Shown: positions 21,130 through 30,386, counted from the first letter of the stretch. The stretch is 64,000 bases of DNA from Candidatus Iainarchaeum sp. (GCA_028700115.1 JAQVTI010000003.1:2714-66713), one strand, 5' to 3'. Numbers and translations are program-made. Notes: generated by a model not told the origin, from the letters alone.

Positions 21130-22302
21130 ATGGACATTAAAAAAATAACATTATTTATTATATTTATAATATTAATTACAACAAATATATTTGCAGAAAC
21201 AATAGAAACTAAAAGCTTTGAAGAACTTAATTTTAATACAATGATTGTAAAAAAAAATACAGAAATTTGTTTTGAAAATAAATTTGATGAACTTAAAACA
21301 AAGACAGATAGTAAATATTATTTGACATTAATAATTGAAAATTATGTAAAAACAACAAAAGATTTAAACATAAATATATATCTTAATGATAAATTTGAAA
21401 AAAATATACAAAATAATAAAATATTAAAAGAAAATATTATTAAATTAAAAAATATATCGAATATTAAAGAAAATAATTTAAAAATATGTATATCTAATAA
21501 TTATATTCCAGAACTAATTATTTCTAAAAAAAGTAAAATAGGAACTTATAATCTTGCAGAAATTTTAGAAACAAATTTTTATCAAATAACTCCAGAAAAA
21601 GGTTATATTAATGACTTAATACCTGTAGAAATATTTATAAAAAATACAGGTTCTGGAAAAATATTTGTAAATTTATATAATGCATATGAAACATATTTAA
21701 AAAATTCAAACTTAGATAATGTGTCAGGCCAAACAACCTATTTTGGAGAAATATACCCTGGAGAAATAAAATCAATAAAATATTTTATAAAAACAGATAA
21801 TTCAAAAACTTATTTGACACCAAGAGCATATGTAGAATATATAGATGAATTTGATAAAAAAAAGACAATATATACAAATCAAAATATAATAAATCTATCA
21901 GAAAATCAAGAAAAAATAAAAGCAATAATAGATATTTCTAAGAATTCTACCCAAAACAATACTCTTTCTGGAAATTTAATAATTATTAATCAAAGTTTAG
22001 AAAATATTAAAAATATATATATAATTCCAGAATATGAAGAATATATAACACTTGAAAAAGAAGAAATTAAACAAATAAATAAAAAAGATATAATAGAAAT
22101 ACCATTTAAAATAAATACACCTGAAATTAAAGAATATTCTTTATTATTTAAAATAAATTATGAAGATCAAGAAAAAATAAAACAAACAACAACAGAAAAA
22201 ATAAAAATAAATACAGAACCAGAAAATACAAAAATACTAACTATAACTTCTATATTAATTGCACTAACAATTATATTATTTATATGGGTATTTAAATTTT
22301 AA
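21130..22302 (+). CDS. Surface protein with CARDB/S-layer-like beta domains and a C-terminal TM anchor
   Basis: Signal peptide MDIKKITLFIIFIILITTNIFA. Segments such as DLIPVEIFIKNTGSGKIFVNLYN and LSGNLIIINQSLENIKNIYIIP look like CARDB/COG1361-type domains. A C-terminal TM helix is present. I moved the start to ATG 21130; the ORF track has TTG 21085. Confidence 0.5.
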   Translation: MDIKKITLFIIFIILITTNIFAETIETKSFEELNFNTMIVKKNTEICFENKFDELKTKTDSKYYLTLIIENYVKTTKDLNINIYLNDKFEKNIQNNKILKENIIKLKNISNIKENNLKICISNNYIPELIISKKSKIGTYNLAEILETNFYQITPEKGYINDLIPVEIFIKNTGSGKIFVNLYNAYETYLKNSNLDNVSGQTTYFGEIYPGEIKSIKYFIKTDNSKTYLTPRAYVEYIDEFDKKKTIYTNQNIINLSENQEKIKAIIDISKNSTQNNTLSGNLIIINQSLENIKNIYIIPEYEEYITLEKEEIKQINKKDIIEIPFKINTPEIKEYSLLFKINYEDQEKIKQTTTEKIKINTEPENTKILTITSILIALTIILFIWVFKF

Positions 22303-22324
22303 AAAAAATTAAATCTTTAAAAAA

Positions 22325-24067
22325 TCAAATAATTCTATGAAATAATTTATCCATATCTTTCATACTTAAAAAAATAACACTTGGTCTGCCATGTGCACAA
22401 ATAACACTATTATTAACCTTACTTAATTTTGAAATTAAATTTATTTGCTCAGAAATACTTAATTTACAATTTGCTTTTATAGATTGTTTACAAGACTTTA
22501 ATTTAATTAAATTATCTTTTAATTTAGAAAAAGACATCACATTATTTTTTAAATCATCTAAAACATTTATGAAATAATTTTTATCAAAAAGTTTATTTAA
22601 AAAAATTGGAATAGAAATTAAATTTATTGAAAAATTATCAATAATTTCAAAATTAAAACCAAGTTTTTTAATTAAATCTAAATTTTTATATAAAACCTCT
22701 GCTTGAGATTCATCTAAAGAAATATATATTGGAGAAATTAAATTTTGAAAATCTACACTTTCTGAAAATTTTAGTCTATTTTCTTCTAAGTTAATTCTTT
22801 CATCAGCAGCGTGTTGATCAATAATTAAAAATCCATCTTGGGTCTCACAAACAATATAAGTATTATGAATTTGCCCAACAATAGAAGTTATTTCTTTATC
22901 TAATAATTTTATATTTTTAAAAGAAGAATAATCATAAAAAGACTGTTGAGAATTATTAGAAGATAAATTAGTAAAAAAAGAATTTGGGGTAGAAAAATCT
23001 TTTAAATTAGAATAACTTAATTTAGTAGAAATATTTAAATTATTAGACAAATCAGACTTTGCAAAATAATTAAAATTACTAACATCATTAGAAATACTTT
23101 TACCTAGATGCTTATCTAAAATTTTTGTTAAATCTTTTCTAAGCTCGGATAAAAATAATAATTCATTAAATAATTTAACAAATCTTTTTTTGGGATGTAC
23201 ATTTACATCAACAGTAGTAGAATCTATATCTATAAATAAAATAAAAAAAGGCTTTTGTTGAATCATTAAATAATCTTTATAAGCACTTGTAATTGCTTTA
23301 TATATTTGAGAAGAAAAAACAAATCTATTGTTTATAAATAAATAACTATTTGGCAAAAAAATAGGTTTTGCAGGATTACTTAAAAAACCTTTTAACTTAA
23401 ATAAAGAATTATCTATATTTATAGGAATTGTCTTTAATTTAATTTCATTACCAAAAATTTGAATCATACGATTTTCTAAAGAAGTAGCTTGTAAATTTAT
23501 ATTTTTTTTCTCAGAAGAAAAATTGAAACTAATGTGAGGATACATTAAAGAATACGCTATAAAAACATCATATAATTTAGAAAACTCAAAAGATTTAGAT
23601 TTTAAAAATTTTTTTCTAACAGGAATATTTTCAAATAAATTTTTAATAATAAAAGTAGTTCCTTTAAGTGAAGGACAACTTTCTAAAACCCCATTATAAA
23701 AAGAATAACCCTCTCCAGAATTATTTGTAGATGAAATTATTTTTAAATCAGAAACTGCATTTATACTTGCTAATGCTTCTCCTCTAAAACCAAATGAATT
23801 TAAAGAAAAAAGATCATCTATAGACAAAAGCTTACTTGTAGTGTGTCTTTCTAAACAAATTTTTAAATCATCTTTAGAAATACCATTACCATCATCTTTA
23901 ATTTCTATAAGATCTATTCCTGAATTTTTAATAGAAATTATTATTTTATTAGCAAAAGCATCAATAGAATTTTCAATTAATTCCTTTAAAATATCTGCAG
24001 GAGATTCAATTACTTCTCCGGCACTAATTAAATTAATTGTATTATCATTTAATTTTTTAATAACCAT
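22325..24067 (-). CDS. mutL: DNA mismatch repair protein MutL (endonuclease type)
   Basis: GHKL ATPase motifs ELIENSIDA, DDGNGI and FGFRGEALAS are present. The C-terminal DQHAADERINLE matches DQHA(X)2E(X)4E, followed by CAHGRPS. Confidence 0.92.
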   Translation of the reverse strand: MVIKKLNDNTINLISAGEVIESPADILKELIENSIDAFANKIIISIKNSGIDLIEIKDDGNGISKDDLKICLERHTTSKLLSIDDLFSLNSFGFRGEALASINAVSDLKIISSTNNSGEGYSFYNGVLESCPSLKGTTFIIKNLFENIPVRKKFLKSKSFEFSKLYDVFIAYSLMYPHISFNFSSEKKNINLQATSLENRMIQIFGNEIKLKTIPINIDNSLFKLKGFLSNPAKPIFLPNSYLFINNRFVFSSQIYKAITSAYKDYLMIQQKPFFILFIDIDSTTVDVNVHPKKRFVKLFNELLFLSELRKDLTKILDKHLGKSISNDVSNFNYFAKSDLSNNLNISTKLSYSNLKDFSTPNSFFTNLSSNNSQQSFYDYSSFKNIKLLDKEITSIVGQIHNTYIVCETQDGFLIIDQHAADERINLEENRLKFSESVDFQNLISPIYISLDESQAEVLYKNLDLIKKLGFNFEIIDNFSINLISIPIFLNKLFDKNYFINVLDDLKNNVMSFSKLKDNLIKLKSCKQSIKANCKLSISEQINLISKLSKVNNSVICAHGRPSVIFLSMKDMDKLFHRII

Positions 24068-24078
24068 AAATATTCAAC

Positions 24079-26535
24079 TCAAATAATTTTTTTTTGTTCA
24101 TTCTTAAATAAAATATTTTTAGAAACATCAGATTTTAAAAAAACATCTTCCTCTAAATCTTTTTGAATTTCTAAAGCTCTATTTATAACAATATCATTAA
24201 TTCCAGACATTTTTGCAACTTGTATACCGTAACTTTTATCAATACCGCCTTCAATTAATTTATGATAAAAAGAAAGCTTTCCAGAATCTTCTTTTGCAAT
24301 AACATGATAATTTTTAATACCTAAAAACAAATCTTGCATTTTATTTAATAAATGATAATGTGTTGCCACCAAAGTTTTACAATTAACAAAATTATTCAAA
24401 TATTCTATAATAGACCAAGCCAAACTTAAACCATCATAAGTACTTGTACCTCTACCAACTTCATCTAAAATTACAAAACTTTTATTAGTTGCATTATTTA
24501 AAATATATGCAACTTCAGACATTTCAACTAAAAAAGTACTTTGTCCATGAATAATATCATCAGAAGCACCAACTCTAGTAAAAACAGCATCAATAAAACC
24601 AATTTCACTATCATTAGAAGGAATAAAACAGCCTGCATATGCTAAAATAATACTTATACAAACAGAACGCATATAACTACTCTTACCAGCCATATTTGGA
24701 CCAGTTATAATCATAGTTTTATTAGTTATATTTAAATTACAATCATTTGGAACAAAATCAGTTAATTTTTCAATAATTGGATGCCTTAAATCTTTAAAAT
24801 ATAAATGATCTGAATTATTTAATTTTGGTTTAAAATAATTATTCTCCAAACTAATTTGAGCATTTGAACAAATTACATCTAAAAAACCTATATTTTTAGA
24901 TATATCTAAAATATCTTTTTGATATTTTAAAACCTCTTTACAAATATCTAAAAAAATGTTATATTCAAGTTCTAATCTTTTCTCCTTAGCATTTAAAATT
25001 AAACTTTCTTTTTCAGAAAGAATTTTTGTTGTAAATCTTTCAGCATTAACTAAAGTTTGCTTTCTTTCAAAATCATTTGGAACTTGCTTAGCTTGCATTT
25101 TTGGAATTTCTATATAATATCCAAAAATTTTATTAAATTTTAATTTTAAAGACTTAATATTTGTTTCTAATTTTAATTTTTCTTCATACTCTAATAAAAA
25201 AGAATTTATAGATTTATGAATGTTAACTAAACTATAAAGTTCATTAGAAAAATTTGGTTTAATAAAATTACCTTCTCTAACACTAAAAGGAGGGTCTTGA
25301 ACAATAGAATTATCTATTAAAGAAATTAATTTATCTAAAGATTTTAAATTATTATTAATTGTTGAAAAATAAATTGAATTTAAATTATTTAAAATATTTT
25401 TAATTTTAGAAACAACTAATAAACTTTGTTTTAAAGAAATTAAATCTCTTGGATTAGAATTACCAAAACCAACTTTACTAATAATTCTTTCTATATCAGA
25501 AATATAACTTAAATTAGTTTTTAAATCTTCCAAAATATAAATATCATTTATAAATTCAGAAATACAATCATATTTATTATTATTATAAACTAAATCTAAA
25601 GAAGGATGTAATAAATCAAAATATAATTGTCTATAACCCATTGCAGTTTTAGTTTTATTAATAAAACCAAATAAACTATTTTTAAGATTATTAGAACTTA
25701 AACTATTTATAAGTTCTAAATTTTTTATAGTTTTTCGATCTAATTTTAAATATTTATTAAAAGAATAAGATTTAATTGACCTAATATAACTTAAATCAGA
25801 AAACTGGGTTTCTTTTAAATAATTTAAAGCATTACTACTAGAAATAATTATATGATTTTTAGAATCAATACCAAAAGATTCTAAAGAACTTAAAGAAAAA
25901 TGATCTAATAATTTCTGTCTAGATAAAACTAAATTTAAATCATCAGTATAATTTATAATAACTAAAGGAAGTGTTTTTTTAATCAAATCAACTTTATCAA
26001 AACTTTTTAAAATATTTTTAGACAATAATAATTCTTTTGGCTTTATTGAAGAAATTTCATTTAATAAACTAGAAAAATCATCAAATTCACAAACTTTAAA
26101 ATCACCTGTAGTTATATCTATTAATGAAAACCCATATATATTATTTACAAAAGAAATAGAACCTAGAAAATTATTTTCATAAGAATCACTAAAAAGAGTA
26201 CTTGGTGTAATAACTCTAATTACATCTCTTTTAACAAGACCTTTTGCAAACTTAGGATTTTCCATTTGTTCACAAATTACAACTTTTTTTCCAGATTTAA
26301 CTAATTTAGATATATATGGATCTATAGAGTGATATGGAATTCCAGCTAAAGGAGCTTCAGTTAAACCCTTTCCTCTTTTTGTTAAAGTTATATTTAATAT
26401 TCTTGAGGCTTCTTTAGCATCATCAAAAAACATTTCATAAAAATCCCCAGCTCTAAATAATAATATACCTTCTGGATATTTTTTTTTAGTTTCAACATAT
26501 TGTTTCATCATAGGTGTTAAAGATATATTGTTCAT
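24079..26535 (-). CDS. mutS: DNA mismatch repair protein MutS (bacterial MutS1 type)
   Basis: N-terminal mismatch-binding motif GDFYEMF, Walker A GPNMAGKSS and DEVGRGTSTYDG. It lies directly upstream of mutL on the same strand. Confidence 0.93.
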   Translation of the reverse strand: MNNISLTPMMKQYVETKKKYPEGILLFRAGDFYEMFFDDAKEASRILNITLTKRGKGLTEAPLAGIPYHSIDPYISKLVKSGKKVVICEQMENPKFAKGLVKRDVIRVITPSTLFSDSYENNFLGSISFVNNIYGFSLIDITTGDFKVCEFDDFSSLLNEISSIKPKELLLSKNILKSFDKVDLIKKTLPLVIINYTDDLNLVLSRQKLLDHFSLSSLESFGIDSKNHIIISSSNALNYLKETQFSDLSYIRSIKSYSFNKYLKLDRKTIKNLELINSLSSNNLKNSLFGFINKTKTAMGYRQLYFDLLHPSLDLVYNNNKYDCISEFINDIYILEDLKTNLSYISDIERIISKVGFGNSNPRDLISLKQSLLVVSKIKNILNNLNSIYFSTINNNLKSLDKLISLIDNSIVQDPPFSVREGNFIKPNFSNELYSLVNIHKSINSFLLEYEEKLKLETNIKSLKLKFNKIFGYYIEIPKMQAKQVPNDFERKQTLVNAERFTTKILSEKESLILNAKEKRLELEYNIFLDICKEVLKYQKDILDISKNIGFLDVICSNAQISLENNYFKPKLNNSDHLYFKDLRHPIIEKLTDFVPNDCNLNITNKTMIITGPNMAGKSSYMRSVCISIILAYAGCFIPSNDSEIGFIDAVFTRVGASDDIIHGQSTFLVEMSEVAYILNNATNKSFVILDEVGRGTSTYDGLSLAWSIIEYLNNFVNCKTLVATHYHLLNKMQDLFLGIKNYHVIAKEDSGKLSFYHKLIEGGIDKSYGIQVAKMSGINDIVINRALEIQKDLEEDVFLKSDVSKNILFKNEQKKII

Positions 26536-26584
26536 AATATATTATATAATACAAAAACATTTTAAATGAATTTAAAAAAAGAAA

Positions 26585-26658
26585 TGGTCCCGGGGGGATT
26601 TGAACCCCCGACACATAGGTCTTCAGCCTATTGCTCTCCCAGACTGAGCTACGGTACC
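26585..26658 (-). tRNA. tRNA-Phe (GAA)
   Basis: Hand-folded cloverleaf: GGTACCG TA GCTC AGTCTGGGA GAGC A ATAGG CTGAAGA CCTAT GTGTC GGGGG TTCAAAT CCCCC CGGGACC A. The anticodon is GAA. There is one A4:G69 mismatch in the acceptor stem, and no encoded CCA. Confidence 0.85.
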
Positions 26659-26667
26659 TTTAACTGA

Positions 26668-26742
26668 TGAGCTCGATGGGATTCGAACCCACGACACCTG
26701 GATTAAGAGTCCAGTGCTCTAACCAGACTGAGCTACGAGCCC
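26668..26742 (-). tRNA. tRNA-Lys (CUU)
   Basis: Hand-folded: GGGCTCG TA GCTC AGTCTGGTTA GAGC A CTGGA CTCTTAA TCCAG GTGTC GTGGG TTCGAAT CCCAT CGAGCTC A. The anticodon is CTT. Confidence 0.88.
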
Positions 26743-26758
26743 CTTCTAAATAAAAAAA

Positions 26759-26832
26759 TGAATCCAGGGGGATTTGAACCCCCGACACCTGGATTAAAAG
26801 TCCAGTGCTCTACCAAACTGAGCTATGGATCC
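26759..26832 (-). tRNA. tRNA-Lys (UUU)
   Basis: Hand-folded: GGATCCA TA GCTC AGTTTGGTA GAGC A CTGGA CTTTTAA TCCAG GTGTC GGGGG TTCAAAT CCCCC TGGATTC A. The anticodon is TTT. Confidence 0.88.
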
Positions 26833-26976
26833 TAAAATTTAGGTTAATTAAAATATTTTAACTTAGAAATAAATAAAAATTGATTTATTATAAGATATAT
26901 ATTATATGTAAGTAAACATTTATAAATTAAATTGTATTATTAAAAAAATAAAAATATATCTAAAAAAAAGAAAAAT

Positions 26977-27501
26977 ATGATTAAAATAATAAAACTAGAT
27001 CATAGACCATTAAGAGACAAAAGAATTACAACTCACTGTGCATTAGTATCTAGAACTTTTGGAGCAGATGAATTTTTATATGCAGGTGTATGTGATAAAG
27101 AACTTGAAAAAAACATAATAAATACTAATGAAAGATGGGGAGATCTAGGATTTAAAATAAAATTTATTAAAGAACCATTGGAATTCGTTAAAAAATATAA
27201 AGGAAATGGAACTATCATACATCTTACTATGTATGGTGGTAAAATTTTAGAATATATTGAAAATATTAAAAAAAATAAAAAAGAAATGCTAATAATAATT
27301 GGGGGACCTAAAGTTCCAGGAGAATATTATAAACTTGCAGATTTTAATATAAGTGTTACTAATCAACCACATAGTGAAGTTGCAGCACTTGCAATAATTT
27401 TAAATTATATTAATCCAGAATATTTAGAAAAAGATTTGTTTAAAAGTAATATAAAAATAATTCCAAATAAAGACCATAAAAATGTTATTAACTTAAAATA
27501 G
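26977..27501 (+). CDS. trm56: tRNA (cytidine56-2'-O)-methyltransferase aTrm56 (SPOUT)
   Basis: LDHRPLRDKRITTHCALVSRTFGADEF matches the conserved aTrm56 N-terminus. The size is about 175 aa. Confidence 0.8.
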   Translation: MIKIIKLDHRPLRDKRITTHCALVSRTFGADEFLYAGVCDKELEKNIINTNERWGDLGFKIKFIKEPLEFVKKYKGNGTIIHLTMYGGKILEYIENIKKNKKEMLIIIGGPKVPGEYYKLADFNISVTNQPHSEVAALAIILNYINPEYLEKDLFKSNIKIIPNKDHKNVINLK

Positions 27502-27549
27502 TTTTGTAACTTAAATATATTATATTTTAATAAAAATATTTGTGATAAT

Positions 27550-28119
27550 ATGAATAAATTAAAAAAAGAACTATTAAATGATAAAAATACAATTAAATTT
27601 TTAGAACAAATTGCAGGACCGATTGCAATAGATGTTGTAAAAATTTTTAAAAAAGAAGCATTATCACCTGAAATGATTTCTAAAAAACTTGATGAAAAAA
27701 TTACTAATGTAAGAGCTACATTAAATAGTTTACATTACAGGGGAATTGCATGCTATAAAAAAACAAAAACTAATAACAATTTATATGAATTTCTATGGGA
27801 AATTAAATTTAAAAAAATTATAGAAAATATACATATTCAAGAAATAAAAAAATATAAAAAAATAGAAATGGATATTAATTCAAAAAGTACACATGATTAT
27901 TTTGTGTGTCCTAAAAAATGTATAGAAGTTCCTTTTGAAATTGCAGCAGCATATAATTTTAAATGTCCTAATTGTGATTCTAGTTTAGAAATGGTAGATA
28001 TAAAAAAAAGATTAGCATTACAAAAAAGAAAATTAAAAACAACAAAAGAAAATATTGAAAAATTAGAAATTCTTTTAGAAAAAATAAAAGACGATACAAA
28101 AGGATATATTTGTGAATAA
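27550..28119 (+). CDS. tfe: Transcription factor E (TFE, TFIIE-alpha homolog)
   Basis: N-terminal winged helix (ISKKLDEKITNVRATLNSLHYRGIACY) plus a zinc ribbon (CPKKC...CPNC). Confidence 0.75.
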   Translation: MNKLKKELLNDKNTIKFLEQIAGPIAIDVVKIFKKEALSPEMISKKLDEKITNVRATLNSLHYRGIACYKKTKTNNNLYEFLWEIKFKKIIENIHIQEIKKYKKIEMDINSKSTHDYFVCPKKCIEVPFEIAAAYNFKCPNCDSSLEMVDIKKRLALQKRKLKTTKENIEKLEILLEKIKDDTKGYICE

Positions 28120-28217
28120 ATTAATTAAATATATTAGATTTGTTTAAATAGTTTTTGGTACATAATTAATTTACTAATTATAAATAAATAAACTATTTAA
28201 AATTAATCTTATTTTTT

Positions 28218-28292
<75 letters not shown>

Positions 28293-28529
28293 TTATTTAT
28301 ACTAATTTTAAAAATTATAAAAATAAAGTAAGTAAACATAACCTAAACTCAATATATCTTGGACAAATATGCTAAATTGAAAAAATATTACTTAAAACTA
28401 AAAAAAAACTTGAAATTAAAAAAAAACATTAAAATAACTATTAAATTGCAAATAAAGCCAAAAATAAATGTATTTTAAAAATTAAAGACTAATTTAAATA
28501 TAAAAATCAATTATAAATATATTAAAAGT

Positions 28530-28792
28530 AGTAATTACCATGGTAATTACTTAAAAAATAATTTTAAAATAAAATAAAAAATAATATACTACATAAATTG
28601 TAATTTACTTAAAAATATAAAATTATTAAATAAAATTAAATTATATAATATAATTTAAAACAAAATATATTTATATATAAAAATAATAAAATTTATTAAA
28701 AATAAGACTTATAATTACAGTAATTACCATAATTAACTACAAATAATTACTGTAATTACCAAATACTTTAAAAACATTACGGTAATTACCAT
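28530..28792. promoter_or_regulatory. Array of GTAATTAC-core palindromic sites (candidate operator or origin-recognition repeats) flanking a nearly pure A/T stretch
   Basis: A 22-bp perfect palindrome, AGTAATTACCATGGTAATTACT, lies at 28530-28551. Three related ~20-bp units lie at 28711-28730 (ATAATTACAGTAATTACCAT), 28743-28762 (ATAATTACTGTAATTACCAA) and 28773-28792 (AACATTACGGTAATTACCAT), spaced 32 and 30 bp apart. A TATA-like CTTTAAAAA at 28766-28774 sits 23-31 bp before ATG 28797. Confidence 0.6.
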
Positions 28793-28796
28793 ATAT

Positions 28797-29300
28797 ATGA
28801 ATTTAATAAATACTATAAAAAATATATTTAAAAAAAAAGTTAAACATCTTGAAAAAGATTTAAATTATAATTCTAATTTAAATCAAAATGAATTAGATAA
28901 TAATAAAAATGAATTAAATAATAATAAAATACAAATTAATGAAAATATAGAAAATCAAATATATATTAAAAAAACAACAGATAATAAAAATATACATGAA
29001 ATACAAACAATAACTATACAAGAATTAAAAAATAATTTAAATACAATTTGGGATATTATTAAAATAAAAGAAAATACTCAAGCAGAACATATAATTAAAT
29101 CAATTCCTAGTGATAACTGGACAACTATGGATGAATTAAGACAAAATATAAAACTTGAATTTGGTATTGAATATAAAAATGAAAAAAGTTTATATCCTTA
29201 TTTAAAAACATTAACAGATATAAATTTAATAAAAGTAAATAATACTGGAAAAAAAAGAACATGGAAAAAAAATATTATTATATTAGATAATAATAAATAA
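28797..29300 (+). CDS. Hypothetical protein with an N/K-rich N-terminal half and a probable C-terminal winged-helix domain
   Basis: 167 aa. The C-terminal segment WTTMDELRQNIKLEFGIEYKNEKSLYPYLKTLTDINLIKVNNTGKKRTW looks like a wHTH. The ATG lies 5 bp after the last palindromic repeat. Confidence 0.45.
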   Translation: MNLINTIKNIFKKKVKHLEKDLNYNSNLNQNELDNNKNELNNNKIQINENIENQIYIKKTTDNKNIHEIQTITIQELKNNLNTIWDIIKIKENTQAEHIIKSIPSDNWTTMDELRQNIKLEFGIEYKNEKSLYPYLKTLTDINLIKVNNTGKKRTWKKNIIILDNNK

Positions 29301-29315
29301 TATTTTATAAAATAA

Positions 29316-29909
29316 TTAATTTACTAAAGAATTATATTTTTCATAAAAAGAAGATAATAAATCTGATTTTTTATAAACTTCTTTAAACCAATTAAAATTT
29401 GTTATTTTATTACATTCTTTTAATATATATTTTATATAATCTTTATTATTATTATTAGTTCTAATAATATAATCTAATTCTGTTAATAATAAACTAGATT
29501 TGTTATCTAAATTAATAATATTATAATTACTTAAAAAATTTTCTAAACATTCAATTACACTTTCTAAATCAACTTCTAATTTTTCAATAATATATTCTAC
29601 TTTCCAATCACCTTTATTTTTCCATAAATGTGCTGGATTTTCACCAGTTTTAAAATAATTTATTATTAAATTTTCATAATTTAATGGAATAATAAAACTA
29701 TTTTTTCCAGGTTTTAAATGAGGTATATCTGAAAGTAAACCTTTTCTTGTATAAGTATATACTTTTTTATTTTTTTTAGTTACATTTTGTTGATAACCAT
29801 ATAATGATCTAAATACTTTTTGATATAAATAAGATGAATGATTTATATCTTTATTAAATATAAATTTATATTTAATATAATTAGAAATAATTTTATCCAT
29901 CATAGACAC
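29316..29909 (-). CDS. Hypothetical protein
   Basis: 197-aa ORF preceded by a GGGGTG SD-like sequence. I recognise no family. Confidence 0.45.
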   Translation of the reverse strand: MSMMDKIISNYIKYKFIFNKDINHSSYLYQKVFRSLYGYQQNVTKKNKKVYTYTRKGLLSDIPHLKPGKNSFIIPLNYENLIINYFKTGENPAHLWKNKGDWKVEYIIEKLEVDLESVIECLENFLSNYNIINLDNKSSLLLTELDYIIRTNNNNKDYIKYILKECNKITNFNWFKEVYKKSDLLSSFYEKYNSLVN

Positions 29910-30026
29910 CCCTTACTTCTTGTATTAATTATTTAATAATAATTAAAATTTTATTATGTATATAATATATATAATATATATATTTATATATATTATAAAA
30001 ATATAAAAAAATAAAATTAGATATTA

Positions 30027-30386
30027 TTATTTTCTTGAATATTTACTTCTATAACCAATATATTTTTTTCTTATAGCAGCTTCTTTTGATTTTTCTTCAA
30101 AATTATCTTCATTATGTACAATTTCTTTTTTTCTATTAGTAATAGGTACATTACCTGCATTTATTAATAATATATCATCAGCAGATATTACTTTATTATA
30201 AGGTATACTATGTTCTGTAATTATTTTTTTAGCTTCTATTTTAGAATTTACTTTTAATGGTTGTGTTGTAATTGTTTCAATTACACCTTGTTCTAAATTT
30301 ACAATTAAATCGTGAACTTTACCTCTATAAGTTGCATCTGTTTGATATATATCCATTCCAAATAATTTAGATATTCTTGTAGTCAT
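30027..30386 (-). CDS. PRC-barrel domain protein with a basic C-terminal tail
   Basis: MTTRISKLFGMDIYQTDATYRGKVHDLIVNLEQGVIETI fits the PRC-barrel pattern. The start is set at ATG 30386 because a GGAGGAAT SD lies 7 nt upstream. The ORF track extends to 30449. Confidence 0.6.
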   Translation of the reverse strand: MTTRISKLFGMDIYQTDATYRGKVHDLIVNLEQGVIETITTQPLKVNSKIEAKKIITEHSIPYNKVISADDILLINAGNVPITNRKKEIVHNEDNFEEKSKEAAIRKKYIGYRSKYSRK

